DNA from: an uncultured delta proteobacterium
GTDB taxonomy: Bacteria > Myxococcota_A > Polyangia > Fen-1088
Direction of reading: 5' to 3'
Assembly: GCA_963737265.1 (NCBI GenBank)
Contig: CAVTRY010000016.1
Coordinates: 128,001 to 192,000 of the forward strand
DNA length: 64,000 nt
Below are positions 29,219-39,129 of the stretch, in pieces (the first letter of the stretch is position 1; each line of letters begins with the position of its first letter). The position numbers and the translations under genes were made by a program. The notes under the pieces are model-generated. The model searched no databases. It saw only the letters and a program-made list of their open reading frames with translations, and was not told where the DNA came from.

Positions 29219-29565
29219 TCCGAAACATGGCCGATCTTCTGACGGGCGGAACTAGGGCCGCGCCTTTTTTTCAAATCCATCAATCCCACGCTTCCCACAT
29301 CCGCGTATTTTAGTATTGTAGTGGCAGATAGCTTTAACCCGGAAGCCCGTTAGTTGTTTTGCGGGACCGAGGCCGAGTTCAGGTAAGCGGAATTTCGGGG
29401 TTCCTAGCCGTCTTCTGAAAAACCACGAAAATTGTCCCTTCCGCGACCAGGGCTCGTGCCCTGAGCGCACGCCGCCCGACGCGCGGCCTTCTCCGCGCGA
29501 ACCGGCTATGTGTGCCCGGTGCATGGCTAACGGTCGCATGCCCAACCCAAGACTGGAGATCCGCC

Positions 29566-31758
29566 GTGAAATATCGCCCCCTTTGGAAGCATCTCGTACT
29601 TGCGCTTGCCCTGATTGGCGCCTGCGCGGGCAACAACACAGGCTCGAAGAAGGCCAACGCCGGCGGAGCCACGGCCGGCTCTGGCGGAAGCCAAGGCAGC
29701 GGCGGCCGAACCAGCCCGTCGGGTTCGGGCGGCACAACGACCAGATCCTCCAACACGGTCACCGTGGTCCTGACCGCCACCTCGTCGCAAACCGCGACGG
29801 GAACCATCACCAACTCGACCACGGCTACCGGCACCGCGACGGCCGCCACCACCGCCACGATCACGACGACCAGCACCTCGGGGACATCGGGCACGGCCAC
29901 TGTCACCAGCATCGCCACCGTGACCACGACCACGACGCAAACCGGCACCTCGACTGGAATCGTCACCACCATCAGCAGCGGGACGTCGACTGCGAGCCTC
30001 GGTCCCGCGCCAACCTACGTGCCGCCCACCTACACCACCAATCCCATTCCCACCGGCAGCGCGCCGGTGCTCGTGGACAACACCGGCAAATGGCACACCT
30101 TCGTGGATCCCGCCACCGGCCGCTACAGTTTCGTGGATCCCAAGGGTTACGTCCGCGTGCTTCGCGGGGTCTCGATGACCGGCATGGAGTCCGGCACGCC
30201 GGGCGATGCCTCGGGCGGCGGCTACTGGATGTACGATCCCAAGGGCAATGGCACGGCCCAGGGAATCATGGAGAACGTGGTCACCGCGCTCGACCAGACC
30301 TGGAATCCAGCGATCATCCGCGTTCCCATCTGCGGCTCGGCCTGGAACACGCCGTACATGGTGCACGATTGGAGCGGCAATGACCTAATGAACTATCGTG
30401 ACTGGGTCGACGTGGTCGTGAAGAAGGAACGCGCTCTCGGCCGGGTGGTCATCATCGATCTACACCTGTGGCAGATCGCACCGCTGTCGAGCGCGGGCAA
30501 AGGAACCACGCGCATCAACGACCAGACCGGCCAGCCCTACACCGGTCGCGTGGACGGCTGCATCGGCTACCAAAAGCTGAACAAAAAGGACACCTGCGCC
30601 ACCGCCGACTGGGATCAGACCGATGCCCACAACTGGACCTGCACGGTGGCCAACGCCGAAGGCATCACCCTGCAAAACGCCCACTACAATCGCGAAAAGA
30701 TCGCCAAGATGTGGTCGCAAATCGCCGCACGCTACAAGGGCGACAGCGGCGTGTTCTTCGAGCTGTTCAACGAACCCTACGAACAGGTGGACACCGGCGC
30801 CGCCTTCGGCACCGACGCCATCGCGGTGAACAAAACCTTCCCGGCCGAGGGAAGCTACGACTGGGACATGTGGACCACGGTCATGAACCGCTGGCTCACC
30901 GCCGTGCGCGACGAGGGCGGCGCGGACAACGTCGTGCTCATCAACGGCCTCATGTGGGGTTACGCCTTCCACGGTCCAATTGCAAACCCGGACAAATACC
31001 TGCCCTGGGTCGCGAAGGGCTACAAGAACATCGCCTACGGCTTCCACCCGTACCAACACGGCACTTGCTGCGGCGACGTGGGCGTGGACCAGGACCTCAG
31101 CAAGACCGATCCCTACCATCTCACCATGTGCCGCTACTTCAAGAACGGCACGGTCCAATCGCCGGCGCCGCTCGTCAGCTATCTTCCGTCGAGCCAGCCC
31201 AGCCTCCCGATGTACTGCGGAACCATCGGCTACGAGCCCACGCGTCCCATGGGCATGCCGCCGTGCCACTGGATCGACGGCGCCTACAACCCGAACGGCG
31301 GCACCGGTATGTGCGTAGGCCAGCCGGACGTGTGCGAGCCGTTAACCAAGGATCAGTGCAACGCGGTCGATCGTTCCTCGCCCAGCGCGGGCGGCTGGTC
31401 GCGCTACGTCTTGCCCATGACGAAGTTCGGTCCCGTCATCGCCACCGAATTCGGCTCGTTCGACTGCAGCTCTCCGTTCGTGACCGAGTTCATGAACTAC
31501 TCGGATACCTACGGTGTGTCGTACACGGCATGGGCGCTGTGGCCGCAAAATAACGGCGGTACGTTAAACATGGGCTCGTGTTCGTACCCGTCCATCAACG
31601 AGGCCTTCCCGAATCTGAACACGCCATACGATACCGATTTCAAGGCTTGCCGAGATTCTTCGGCCTGCACCAAGGCGATGGCGCTGCCCATGCGCTGGGC
31701 GGGCCAGGTCGTGTTCGAAAACATCCGCAAGCACGCCAACGAACGCGCCTCGAACTAG
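29566..31758 (+). CDS. Glycoside hydrolase family 5 lipoprotein with a Thr-rich linker
   Basis: GTG start with GGAG RBS, lipobox IGAC, IIDLH, FELFNEP (acid/base), GFHPY, IATEFG (nucleophile), YTAW. Confidence 0.88.
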   Translation: MKYRPLWKHLVLALALIGACAGNNTGSKKANAGGATAGSGGSQGSGGRTSPSGSGGTTTRSSNTVTVVLTATSSQTATGTITNSTTATGTATAATTATITTTSTSGTSGTATVTSIATVTTTTTQTGTSTGIVTTISSGTSTASLGPAPTYVPPTYTTNPIPTGSAPVLVDNTGKWHTFVDPATGRYSFVDPKGYVRVLRGVSMTGMESGTPGDASGGGYWMYDPKGNGTAQGIMENVVTALDQTWNPAIIRVPICGSAWNTPYMVHDWSGNDLMNYRDWVDVVVKKERALGRVVIIDLHLWQIAPLSSAGKGTTRINDQTGQPYTGRVDGCIGYQKLNKKDTCATADWDQTDAHNWTCTVANAEGITLQNAHYNREKIAKMWSQIAARYKGDSGVFFELFNEPYEQVDTGAAFGTDAIAVNKTFPAEGSYDWDMWTTVMNRWLTAVRDEGGADNVVLINGLMWGYAFHGPIANPDKYLPWVAKGYKNIAYGFHPYQHGTCCGDVGVDQDLSKTDPYHLTMCRYFKNGTVQSPAPLVSYLPSSQPSLPMYCGTIGYEPTRPMGMPPCHWIDGAYNPNGGTGMCVGQPDVCEPLTKDQCNAVDRSSPSAGGWSRYVLPMTKFGPVIATEFGSFDCSSPFVTEFMNYSDTYGVSYTAWALWPQNNGGTLNMGSCSYPSINEAFPNLNTPYDTDFKACRDSSACTKAMALPMRWAGQVVFENIRKHANERASN

Positions 31759-31955
31759 CGTTGTAACCTGCCAGGGAGGATCGTTAAGCAAGGTTAGACC
31801 GTCAAAACGCGGTCGGCGTGGGTGCGTGCGAGCAGCATGTGTTTTTCACCACTGGGTGCTCTGTGACTTTGTGGTGAAAACCAGGCGCGTCACGGCCACC
31901 CTGGCCAGGCCCGATGGCGTTGCGGACTCCGCCGGTCTGCTAAAGTTGGCGTGAC

Positions 31956-32186
31956 GTGCTCACACTCACCAACACAATCACCAGGGTCATCGTCCCTCCG
32001 ACGCAGACCCTTACCGATATCCTCACCGCCACCCTGATAGACACATCCACGGCGGTCGACACCAGCACCGGCATTCTCACCCGAACGAGCACCGCGATCT
32101 TGACCGACACCGGCGTGCTAACCGCGACCCAAGTGATCCCGCCTCCCGTCACGACCCCGATGGGGCCCGTGGTGGGAATCCAGTAG
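31956..32186 (+). CDS. Short Thr-rich ORF or gene fragment
   Basis: ACC-rich frame resembling the Thr linkers nearby; no clear RBS. Confidence 0.3.
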   Translation: MLTLTNTITRVIVPPTQTLTDILTATLIDTSTAVDTSTGILTRTSTAILTDTGVLTATQVIPPPVTTPMGPVVGIQ

Positions 32187-32195
32187 CCGCGCTAG

Positions 32196-32945
32196 CTAAT
32201 GCGGATGGTGGTGGCGCAGGATGTGCGGCCGTTCCAGGCCGTGGGCGAGCATGAGCGGCTCGTCGTTCAGCACGTCCAGCGTCGGGCCGTCCGCGACAAC
32301 GGCGCCACCATCCAGCACGATCACGCGCGTGCACAGCTCGACCACCCATTCGAGGTCGTGGGTCGCGATGAGCTTGGTTGCGGGGATGCCTTGCAAGAGG
32401 GTCTTGAATTCACGGCGTCCGCGCGGATCGAGGCCGCTGGTGGGTTCGTCGAGCACGAGCACTGCCGGTTCGCAGGCCAGCACGCCGGCCAGGCACACGC
32501 GCCGCTTTTCGCCGTGGCTCAGGTGGTGGGTGGCACGATGACCGTATCCCGAAAGGCCGACCAGCGCGAGCGCCCGCTCGACCCGCGCCGCAAGCTCGCG
32601 ATCGCGCGGACCGAGCTGTCGCGGACCAAAAGCGACGTCTTCCTCGACGGTGGAGCAGAACAGCTGGTCGTCGGGATCTTGAAAAAGCAAACCGACCTGG
32701 CGGCGGATCGAGTCGAGGTTCTCGGCCGTGATGGCCTCGCCCAAGATCCGCACGGCGCCGTCGGCGGTCGGCTTTTCGGGCAAGATACCATTGAGGTGCA
32801 GAAGCAGGGTCGACTTGCCCGAACCGTTGGGACCAAGCAGGCCGACGCACTCGCCGGGTGGGATGCTGAAGCTCACACCGCGCAAAGCCAGAGTGCCGTC
32901 GTGATAGCCGTAGCGCAGACGATCGATGCTAATGGCCGGGTTCAT
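32196..32945 (-). CDS. cbiO: ECF Ni/Co transporter ATPase
   Basis: GPNGSGKST, FQDPDDQLF, LSHGEKRR, LDEPT; C-terminal HHHPH. Confidence 0.92.
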   Translation of the reverse strand: MNPAISIDRLRYGYHDGTLALRGVSFSIPPGECVGLLGPNGSGKSTLLLHLNGILPEKPTADGAVRILGEAITAENLDSIRRQVGLLFQDPDDQLFCSTVEEDVAFGPRQLGPRDRELAARVERALALVGLSGYGHRATHHLSHGEKRRVCLAGVLACEPAVLVLDEPTSGLDPRGRREFKTLLQGIPATKLIATHDLEWVVELCTRVIVLDGGAVVADGPTLDVLNDEPLMLAHGLERPHILRHHHPH

Positions 32946-33556
32946 TTCCAACCTCGCGCGCACATGGCAGCGTAGATGCGCTCGGCGCGCTCGGATGCGC
33001 GCACGAACAGTTGTCCAACCAGGGTGCCGAGCGTGTGCCAGCGCAGGCGCCGCCGCGCAATCAAGGTGCGGCTCGCGCGCGCACGACGCATGCGTTCGGA
33101 TTCGTCGACCAGCACGAACAAATAGCGGTGCATGAGCGCAAGCGTGGTGATGAGCAAGGCCGGCACGCGCACGATTCTCAAGACGCCGAGAATCTGGCTG
33201 AACGACGTGGTGTTTGAAACCAGGACCACGGTGAAGAGACAAATCGCGCTGCGAGCCGCGAAGCCCAGCCACGATCCACGCAAAGCGGGTTGAAGGGCGT
33301 TCACCAGCAGCACGCCGAGCACGAACGGCGACAGCAGGGCCAGGCGCTTCAGCAGGAACAGCAGGGAGATTCGGCTGAAAAGCGCCGCCAAGGCCAACAA
33401 CGACGGCACGGCGATGAACCACCCGTGCCAGTGCCAAGGAACCAGCACCGTCCCCATGATGATAGCCAGCGCCACGCCCAGCTTCAAAGCCGCGGGCAAG
33501 CGGTGCGCGCGACTTGGGTGGTGCCCATGGTGATGACCGAGCCAGTCTTTCAGCAT
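32942..33556 (-). CDS. cbiQ: ECF transmembrane T component (CbiQ/NikQ)
   Basis: RYLFVLVDESERMRRARASR, ERAERIYAAMCARGW. Confidence 0.9.
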   Translation of the reverse strand: MLKDWLGHHHGHHPSRAHRLPAALKLGVALAIIMGTVLVPWHWHGWFIAVPSLLALAALFSRISLLFLLKRLALLSPFVLGVLLVNALQPALRGSWLGFAARSAICLFTVVLVSNTTSFSQILGVLRIVRVPALLITTLALMHRYLFVLVDESERMRRARASRTLIARRRLRWHTLGTLVGQLFVRASERAERIYAAMCARGWK

Positions 33557-34521
33557 GTCGGATCCTTGCACGATCCCGCGACTGTCTTGCGGACCAGCAC
33601 GTGTCCGAGCAAGACGGCAAGGCCAAAGACCACCACCGTGCCAAGCGCACCCGCGAGCGCTGTCGCCCCGGCCGCCGAATGAATGCCTGTCATTCGATAG
33701 TCGGGCGCCACGCCGTGGAACGCGGTGCCGGCACTTCGTTGGTCGAAGCCCAGCCTGGCCGCCACGACTTCCAACCCGTCGGGCAGCGGGCAGGCAAAGG
33801 GGGCCACGAAGACCGCAATCGCCAGCGCCACGAGCAGGCCATACCCGAGAAGCTCGCCGCGGCGCCCCGGCACCGCCTGATTGTCCGATTTCGCCAATTC
33901 CGGAATCAGGTCGGGTCGCGTGCGCTGGATGGCAAGATAAGCCAGCGCGCTGATCGTGCCTTCGCCGATGCCGATAAGCATGTGCGTGCCCGTCATCATG
34001 GTGAAGCCTGCCGACCAGGAAACGGTATGCGACCAGGCAAGCTCGCCCGCGCAGCCGACGGACGCCAGCACCGTCGAGCACCAGCCGGCGAACGCAATCG
34101 CCGTGACCCGTCCGCGCGCACCCTTCATGCGCCTGGCGACCAGGCTGAAGACCAGAAAGCCGCCGCCCGCTCCCAAGATTCCCATGTTGAGCACATTGGC
34201 GCCCAGGGCGGAGACGCCGCCGTCGGCGAACAAGAAGCATTGAACGATAAGAACGGTCGTCAGGACCACGACAGCGGCGCTCGGCCCGAGCAGGGTCGCC
34301 ACCAGCACGCCGCCCATCAGGTGCCCCGACGTTCCGCCGGCCACCGGAAAATTCACCATCTGCGCGGCGAACAGGAACGCCGCGGCTAGCCCCAGCAGCG
34401 GCATGCGCCGGGCCGGTAAATCCCGTCGGACTTGTCGCAAAGCTAGTCCGACCCCAGCCACGGAGATCGCCGCGGCCGTCAGTGCGGTCTTTCCATCGAT
34501 AAATCCGTCGGGAATGTGCAT
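33550..34521 (-). CDS. cbiM: ECF substrate component CbiM/NikMN with a PDGLE domain
   Basis: MHIPDGF N-terminus, GGTSGHL, PDGLE. Confidence 0.93.
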   Translation of the reverse strand: MHIPDGFIDGKTALTAAAISVAGVGLALRQVRRDLPARRMPLLGLAAAFLFAAQMVNFPVAGGTSGHLMGGVLVATLLGPSAAVVVLTTVLIVQCFLFADGGVSALGANVLNMGILGAGGGFLVFSLVARRMKGARGRVTAIAFAGWCSTVLASVGCAGELAWSHTVSWSAGFTMMTGTHMLIGIGEGTISALAYLAIQRTRPDLIPELAKSDNQAVPGRRGELLGYGLLVALAIAVFVAPFACPLPDGLEVVAARLGFDQRSAGTAFHGVAPDYRMTGIHSAAGATALAGALGTVVVFGLAVLLGHVLVRKTVAGSCKDPTC

Positions 34522-34547
34522 GAGCTCGCGTGTCCCAGCCCAACTAA

Positions 34548-34628
34548 TAGCACGTATTTGCCAAACCGTGCCACCATCCTAAAACGCAAAACAGAATTTC
34601 GTGGCACCTAATTTACCTTTCGTGCTAC
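34548..34628. promoter_or_regulatory. Candidate NikR half-sites in an AT-rich divergent promoter
   Basis: TAGCAC ~34548, GTGCCA ~34568, TGGCAC ~34602, GTGCTA ~34622. Confidence 0.35.
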
Positions 34629-34688
34629 TACGGAAAACAAAAGCATCATGCACATCACCCAACACATTCTTGCGTTTACGTTGTTTGT

Positions 34689-34838
34689 GACCTGCAGGCC
34701 GTCATCGCCGCGGACAAGGTGGTTCCGCACGACAGCGTGGTCCACGTCATCGATCTGGTAAAGCGCGCTGGTGTACGCAAGTTCGCCATCAACGCGGATA
34801 GCGCAGCCTCGCCCGCCCCGCCCGCGGGAAAACCCTGA
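34689..34838 (+). pseudogene. exbD: C-terminal remnant of ExbD/TolR
   Basis: DLQAVIAADKVVPHDSVVHVIDLVKRAGVRKFAINAD...*; no nearby in-frame start and no TM segment. Confidence 0.75.
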
Positions 34839-34903
34839 GGCCGCGCGGCATCTATTTTTGCCGTCGTGTTACCCGGATTCCCGTGGTTGAAGGAGAAGAA
34901 GAG

Positions 34904-37111
34904 ATGCGGACAAATTCGAAGCGTCGTGGCAGCCGGCTCCCGCGCGAATGCGTGGCATTCGTGGTGGCGATGATCGCCCTGACCGTAGGTCCGCCCCTGT
35001 GGGCGCAAGCCGGCGGCCAAGTTGACGCCGAGGCGCCGCCGACCGATGCGGTGATCATCGAAGCCGGAATCGCGAACTCACAGCCCCCTGCCCTGCCCGC
35101 CGAAGCCACCAGCGCTGCCGTGACCAGCACCCCCACCGAGATGCCCGAGGTCGTGGTGCATGGCCGCGCGGAAGATATTCTCGGAGTCGCGGTTGGCGCG
35201 TCGGCGGGTGCCATCGGCGAGGAGGATCTCAAGGATCTGCCGCTGCTTCGCCGCGGCGAAATCATGGAAACCGTGCCTGGCCTGGTGGTCACGCAGCACT
35301 CCGGCGACGGCAAGGCCAACCAGTACTTCCTGCGCGGGTTCAACCTGGACCATGGAACCGACTTTGCCTTTTCGGTGGACGACGTGCCGGTGAATCTGCC
35401 CTCGCATGCACATGGTCAGGGATATTCCGACCTCAACTTTATGATTCCCGAGTTGGTGAATTTCATCGAATACAGCAAGGGCCCGTTCTATTCGCAAATC
35501 GGAGATTTCTCCGGCTCGGGCGCGGCCAATGTTCATCTCGTAAACAGCCTTCCGCAAGGCACCCTCAACCTCCAGGGCGGCATGTTCGGCTTCGTGCGCG
35601 GCTTGGTGGCGGCCTCGCCGACCGTCGGACCAGGAACCTTGCTCTACGCCCTCGAATACAACCACTACGACGGACCGTGGGTCGTACCGGAAGGTTCCAA
35701 TCGCTTCAATGGATTTCTGCGCTATCACTGGAGCAATCCACAAGACCAGTACACCTTCAGCGCCAGTTTGTACGCGGCCCCGGACTGGCATGCCACGGAT
35801 CACGTCGCGCTGCGGGCGATTGATGATGGCCTCATCACCCGCTTTGGCGCGCTCGATCCTTCCGATGGCGGCAACACGGGCCGTGGCGCCCTGACGTTCA
35901 ATTGGACGCGAAAACACGACGATGGCCAGACCACTCTAACAATGTACGGTTTCTATTACAGACTGAATCTGTGGTCCAATTTCACCTACTATCTGTACGA
36001 TCAGACGAACGGCGATCAATTCGAGCAGATCGACCGCCGCTATGTCGCCGGCGCCAATCTGAAGCGAACTTGGAACCAGACATGGTTCGGCAGGGATGTC
36101 GAGAACATTGTCGGCGTGCAAATTCGCAACGACTACCTTCCGCTCTCGGGCCTCGACCATACCCACCAACGACAGGTGATCGGGGTGTATATCGACGACC
36201 GAATCGAGGAATTCACCACCGGCGCGTACGGCAACAATCAGATACAGTGGACCGACTGGTTCAGAACCAATATCGGCCTTCGTGCGGACGTATTCTCAGT
36301 CGACGTCACCAGCAACGATCCCGCCAATTCCGGCGGCAAGACCGACGCCATCGTAAGTCCCAAGGCGAGCTTGATCTTTGGACCATGGCAGAAGACCGAA
36401 TTCTATTTCAACCTCGGCTCGGGTTTTCACAGCAACGACGCGCGCGGCGTGGTTGCTACGGTCGCCGCCTCGGACGGGCTGTCTCCCGTGACGAGAGCGC
36501 CGCTCCTCGTCCGCACCAAGGGCGCCGAGGTCGGAACCCGAACGTCCATCCTGCCAGGTCTGGTCAGCACGCTTTCGTTCTGGTACCTGCAGTCGGATTT
36601 GGAGCAGACGTTTTCTGGCGACGCCGGGGACACCGAGACCAGCTACGCAAGCCGCAAGTACGGCGTGGAGTGGACGAATTTCTACAAGCCAACATCTTGG
36701 CTCACCCTCGTGGCCGACGTTGCGCTCACGCACGCTCGTTATGTCAACGATCCCGATGGTGCGTACATTCCCAATTCCATCCCGATCGTGGTATCGGGCA
36801 TCGCGACCGTTGAGTCACCGATGGGGATCTTCGCCAGCGCGCGCCTGCGCTATTTCGGCTCGCAGCCGCTCATCGAGGACAACAGCGTACGCGAACCGGA
36901 TTCGCTCATCATCGATGCCAAGCTCGGCTATCGTCACGGTCGCTACGAGATCGCCGCCGACGTGCTCAACCTGCTAGATTCGAAGTCGGATGATATTGCC
37001 TACTACTACACATCTCGCTTGCCGGGCGACCCGACTGACGGCGTGCCCGGGATCCACGTTCACCCAGTCGAACCCTTCGAGGTGCGGGCGGGCGTGACGG
37101 TCCACTATTGA
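34904..37111 (+). CDS. TonB-dependent receptor, probably for Ni/Co or another metal
   Basis: EVVVHG TonB box, QHSGDGKANQYFLRGFNLDHGTDF, GFHSNDARG, C-terminal HPVEP..HY. Confidence 0.92.
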   Translation: MRTNSKRRGSRLPRECVAFVVAMIALTVGPPLWAQAGGQVDAEAPPTDAVIIEAGIANSQPPALPAEATSAAVTSTPTEMPEVVVHGRAEDILGVAVGASAGAIGEEDLKDLPLLRRGEIMETVPGLVVTQHSGDGKANQYFLRGFNLDHGTDFAFSVDDVPVNLPSHAHGQGYSDLNFMIPELVNFIEYSKGPFYSQIGDFSGSGAANVHLVNSLPQGTLNLQGGMFGFVRGLVAASPTVGPGTLLYALEYNHYDGPWVVPEGSNRFNGFLRYHWSNPQDQYTFSASLYAAPDWHATDHVALRAIDDGLITRFGALDPSDGGNTGRGALTFNWTRKHDDGQTTLTMYGFYYRLNLWSNFTYYLYDQTNGDQFEQIDRRYVAGANLKRTWNQTWFGRDVENIVGVQIRNDYLPLSGLDHTHQRQVIGVYIDDRIEEFTTGAYGNNQIQWTDWFRTNIGLRADVFSVDVTSNDPANSGGKTDAIVSPKASLIFGPWQKTEFYFNLGSGFHSNDARGVVATVAASDGLSPVTRAPLLVRTKGAEVGTRTSILPGLVSTLSFWYLQSDLEQTFSGDAGDTETSYASRKYGVEWTNFYKPTSWLTLVADVALTHARYVNDPDGAYIPNSIPIVVSGIATVESPMGIFASARLRYFGSQPLIEDNSVREPDSLIIDAKLGYRHGRYEIAADVLNLLDSKSDDIAYYYTSRLPGDPTDGVPGIHVHPVEPFEVRAGVTVHY

Positions 37112-37121
37112 CGCGTGACCG

Positions 37122-37862
37122 ATGCCTGGCGTAAGCGCTGCCTTTGCCGTACGTAGACGAAACGCCGTCGGCCTCGCTACATCCGCGATTTGCCATGCCC
37201 TGATATTCGGGCTGGGCGCGCTCCTGCTGGCCGGCCCTATAGGCAAAACAGCCACCGCGGAAAGTGTCGTGGTGGATCTTGTGGAAGCCAAGCCGGACCC
37301 GATCCGCGACATCGCGCCCGCGACTCGGGACGAGCGGCCGGCTCCCGCCGCGACTGTGGCGCCCAAAACATCCGTCGCACGGATGCATCCCAAGGCCCAG
37401 GCGCGACCGAAAAACGCAGTGCCCGAGATGACGGTCAGTCCGTCGACCGAAGTAGCGACCGCTGGCGACGTCGCGCTTCCCGTTGCCGCCAAACCAGCGT
37501 CACGCAAGGACGAGATCGTCCCGAGCTCCGGTTTGCCGAGCGCCGCCGCGACGCCAGCCCGCCCCGGCCTTGGGCCAATCACCGTCCTCGCGACTCCTCG
37601 TTACCGCAGCAATCCCCGCCCCGAATACCCCATCCCCTCCCGGCGCAGACACGAAGAGGGCGAAGTGCGATTGATCGTCACCGTCAGCTCTGACGGCCAG
37701 CCGCTGCAGGTTTCGTTATTGAAGGGCAGCGGCCACCCGTTGCTGGACCAGGCCGCCATCGCCGCCGTCCGCGGCTGGAGCTTCGAGCCGGGGCGCGCGG
37801 CCGGGGTGCCCGTCACAAGTCAAGTGGTGGTGCCGATTCGCTGGGCGTTGTCCCAAGACTAG
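37122..37862 (+). CDS. tonB: Energy transducer TonB
   Basis: N-terminal TM, Pro-rich linker, PEYP..EEGEV..SGHPLLDQAAIAAVRGWSFEP. Confidence 0.9.
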   Translation: MPGVSAAFAVRRRNAVGLATSAICHALIFGLGALLLAGPIGKTATAESVVVDLVEAKPDPIRDIAPATRDERPAPAATVAPKTSVARMHPKAQARPKNAVPEMTVSPSTEVATAGDVALPVAAKPASRKDEIVPSSGLPSAAATPARPGLGPITVLATPRYRSNPRPEYPIPSRRRHEEGEVRLIVTVSSDGQPLQVSLLKGSGHPLLDQAAIAAVRGWSFEPGRAAGVPVTSQVVVPIRWALSQD

Positions 37863-37865
37863 CGG

Positions 37866-38360
37866 CTAGGTCTTGGTCCGCTTCCCCATGCGAGAATCCA
37901 GGTACCAGATGCCGCCGCCCTGGTCGCCGACTGCTTTGAGGTGGGCTAGGGTCTCGCTCACCCTTGCCTCCTCTTCCACCTGCTCGGTGACGTACCACTG
38001 AAGAGCGATCTCGCTGGCGTGATCCGTCTCGGCACGGGCCTGGGCGAACAACGAGTTGATTCGCAGGGTGATCCCCTTCTCATGCTCCAAAACCTTCTCG
38101 AAGACCTGGATGATGCCGCCGAAACCGGCGGGAGGCGCGGAAATCGGTTTCAGATCCAACGTGCCCTGCCGGCTGAGCAGGAATGAGACGAGACGCATGG
38201 CATGGGCCGTTTCTTCCTCGGCCTGGATTCTGAGCCAGTGCGCAAATCCCATGAAGCTCTTCGACTCGCAGTGCGCACTCATGGCGAGGTAGAGTTGTGC
38301 CGAGTACTGTTCTAGGTTGATCTGGGTGTTGAGTGCTTCCTGCATCGTCGAGCTAATCAT
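37866..38360 (-). CDS. ftnA: Non-heme ferritin
   Basis: LNTQINLEQYSAQLYLAMS, QAEEETAHA, LQWYVTEQVEEE. Confidence 0.92.
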   Translation of the reverse strand: MISSTMQEALNTQINLEQYSAQLYLAMSAHCESKSFMGFAHWLRIQAEEETAHAMRLVSFLLSRQGTLDLKPISAPPAGFGGIIQVFEKVLEHEKGITLRINSLFAQARAETDHASEIALQWYVTEQVEEEARVSETLAHLKAVGDQGGGIWYLDSRMGKRTKT

Positions 38361-38543
38361 GGGCCTCCCTCGAAGTTCAAAAAACATGCCGGTAAGTACC
38401 GCGATCTCCCTGATAGATGCGAGATTCGGTCGAACGTTACGTTCCGCGCATTCCGAATATCGGGGTTGCCGCAAAGAAGGCGCTGCCGAACATTTGGGGC
38501 GACGACCGCTTGACCTCGGTGCCACTGCATGCATACTCCTCAT

Positions 38544-38561
38544 ATGCGACTTAGTCGCAAT
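38544..38561. promoter_or_regulatory. Fur-box-like palindrome between ftnA and fur
   Basis: TGCGAC-TTA-GTCGCA. Confidence 0.55.
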
Positions 38562-38588
38562 AATGTTGGCACGCAAGCGGCTCTCGCA

Positions 38589-39035
38589 ATGCAATCGGTC
38601 GAAAGATTCCGAACCTTCCTCCGTGGAAAATCTCTCCGGGCGACCACGGTTCGCGAGGCCATCGTCAGGGCGGTGGTGACCCGCGAGGGTCATTTTCACA
38701 TCGACGAGCTGGTGCGGGACCTGCGCGTTCGGGGAGTTAACGCCTCCCGGGCAACGGTCTATCGAGTGCTGCCGCTTTTGGTCGAGGCTGGCTTGATTCA
38801 ACCGACGATTCTCTCGGGAAATGGGCACTACTATGAAACAGCGGTCGGCCACGAGCACCACGATCATCTGGTCTGCTCCGAATGCGACAAGGTGGTGGAG
38901 TTCCAGTTCGAGGCGTTCGAGATCCTGCAGCGCGAGGTTGCCGCCAAGTACGGCTTCGAGCTGACCAGTCACGTTCATGAGCTCATCGGAATCTGTCCGG
39001 ATTGCCGGCGACTTCGACAGACCCCGAGATCCTAG
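38589..39035 (+). CDS. fur: Fur-family regulator
   Basis: SRATVYR, HHDHLVCSEC, GICPDC. Confidence 0.92.
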   Translation: MQSVERFRTFLRGKSLRATTVREAIVRAVVTREGHFHIDELVRDLRVRGVNASRATVYRVLPLLVEAGLIQPTILSGNGHYYETAVGHEHHDHLVCSECDKVVEFQFEAFEILQREVAAKYGFELTSHVHELIGICPDCRRLRQTPRS

Positions 39036-39080
39036 ACGTTCGATGTTTGTTTCTTAGGCCGATCATTTTCTCCCGCTAAT

Positions 39081-39095
39081 TGCGATACGATCTCA
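39081..39095. promoter_or_regulatory. Fur-box-like site upstream of the porin operon
   Basis: TGCGATACGATCTCA in an AT-rich context, same TGCGA-N5-TCKCA pattern as the site at 38545. Confidence 0.55.
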
Positions 39096-39129
39096 TTATT
39101 GACCCAGACGCGCAGAAACGGTTCACCAT

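Noticed and set aside
34559-34575. Sigma-54 promoter for cbiM
   Set aside because: TGGCAC to GC spacing is one base short of the -24/-12 consensus.
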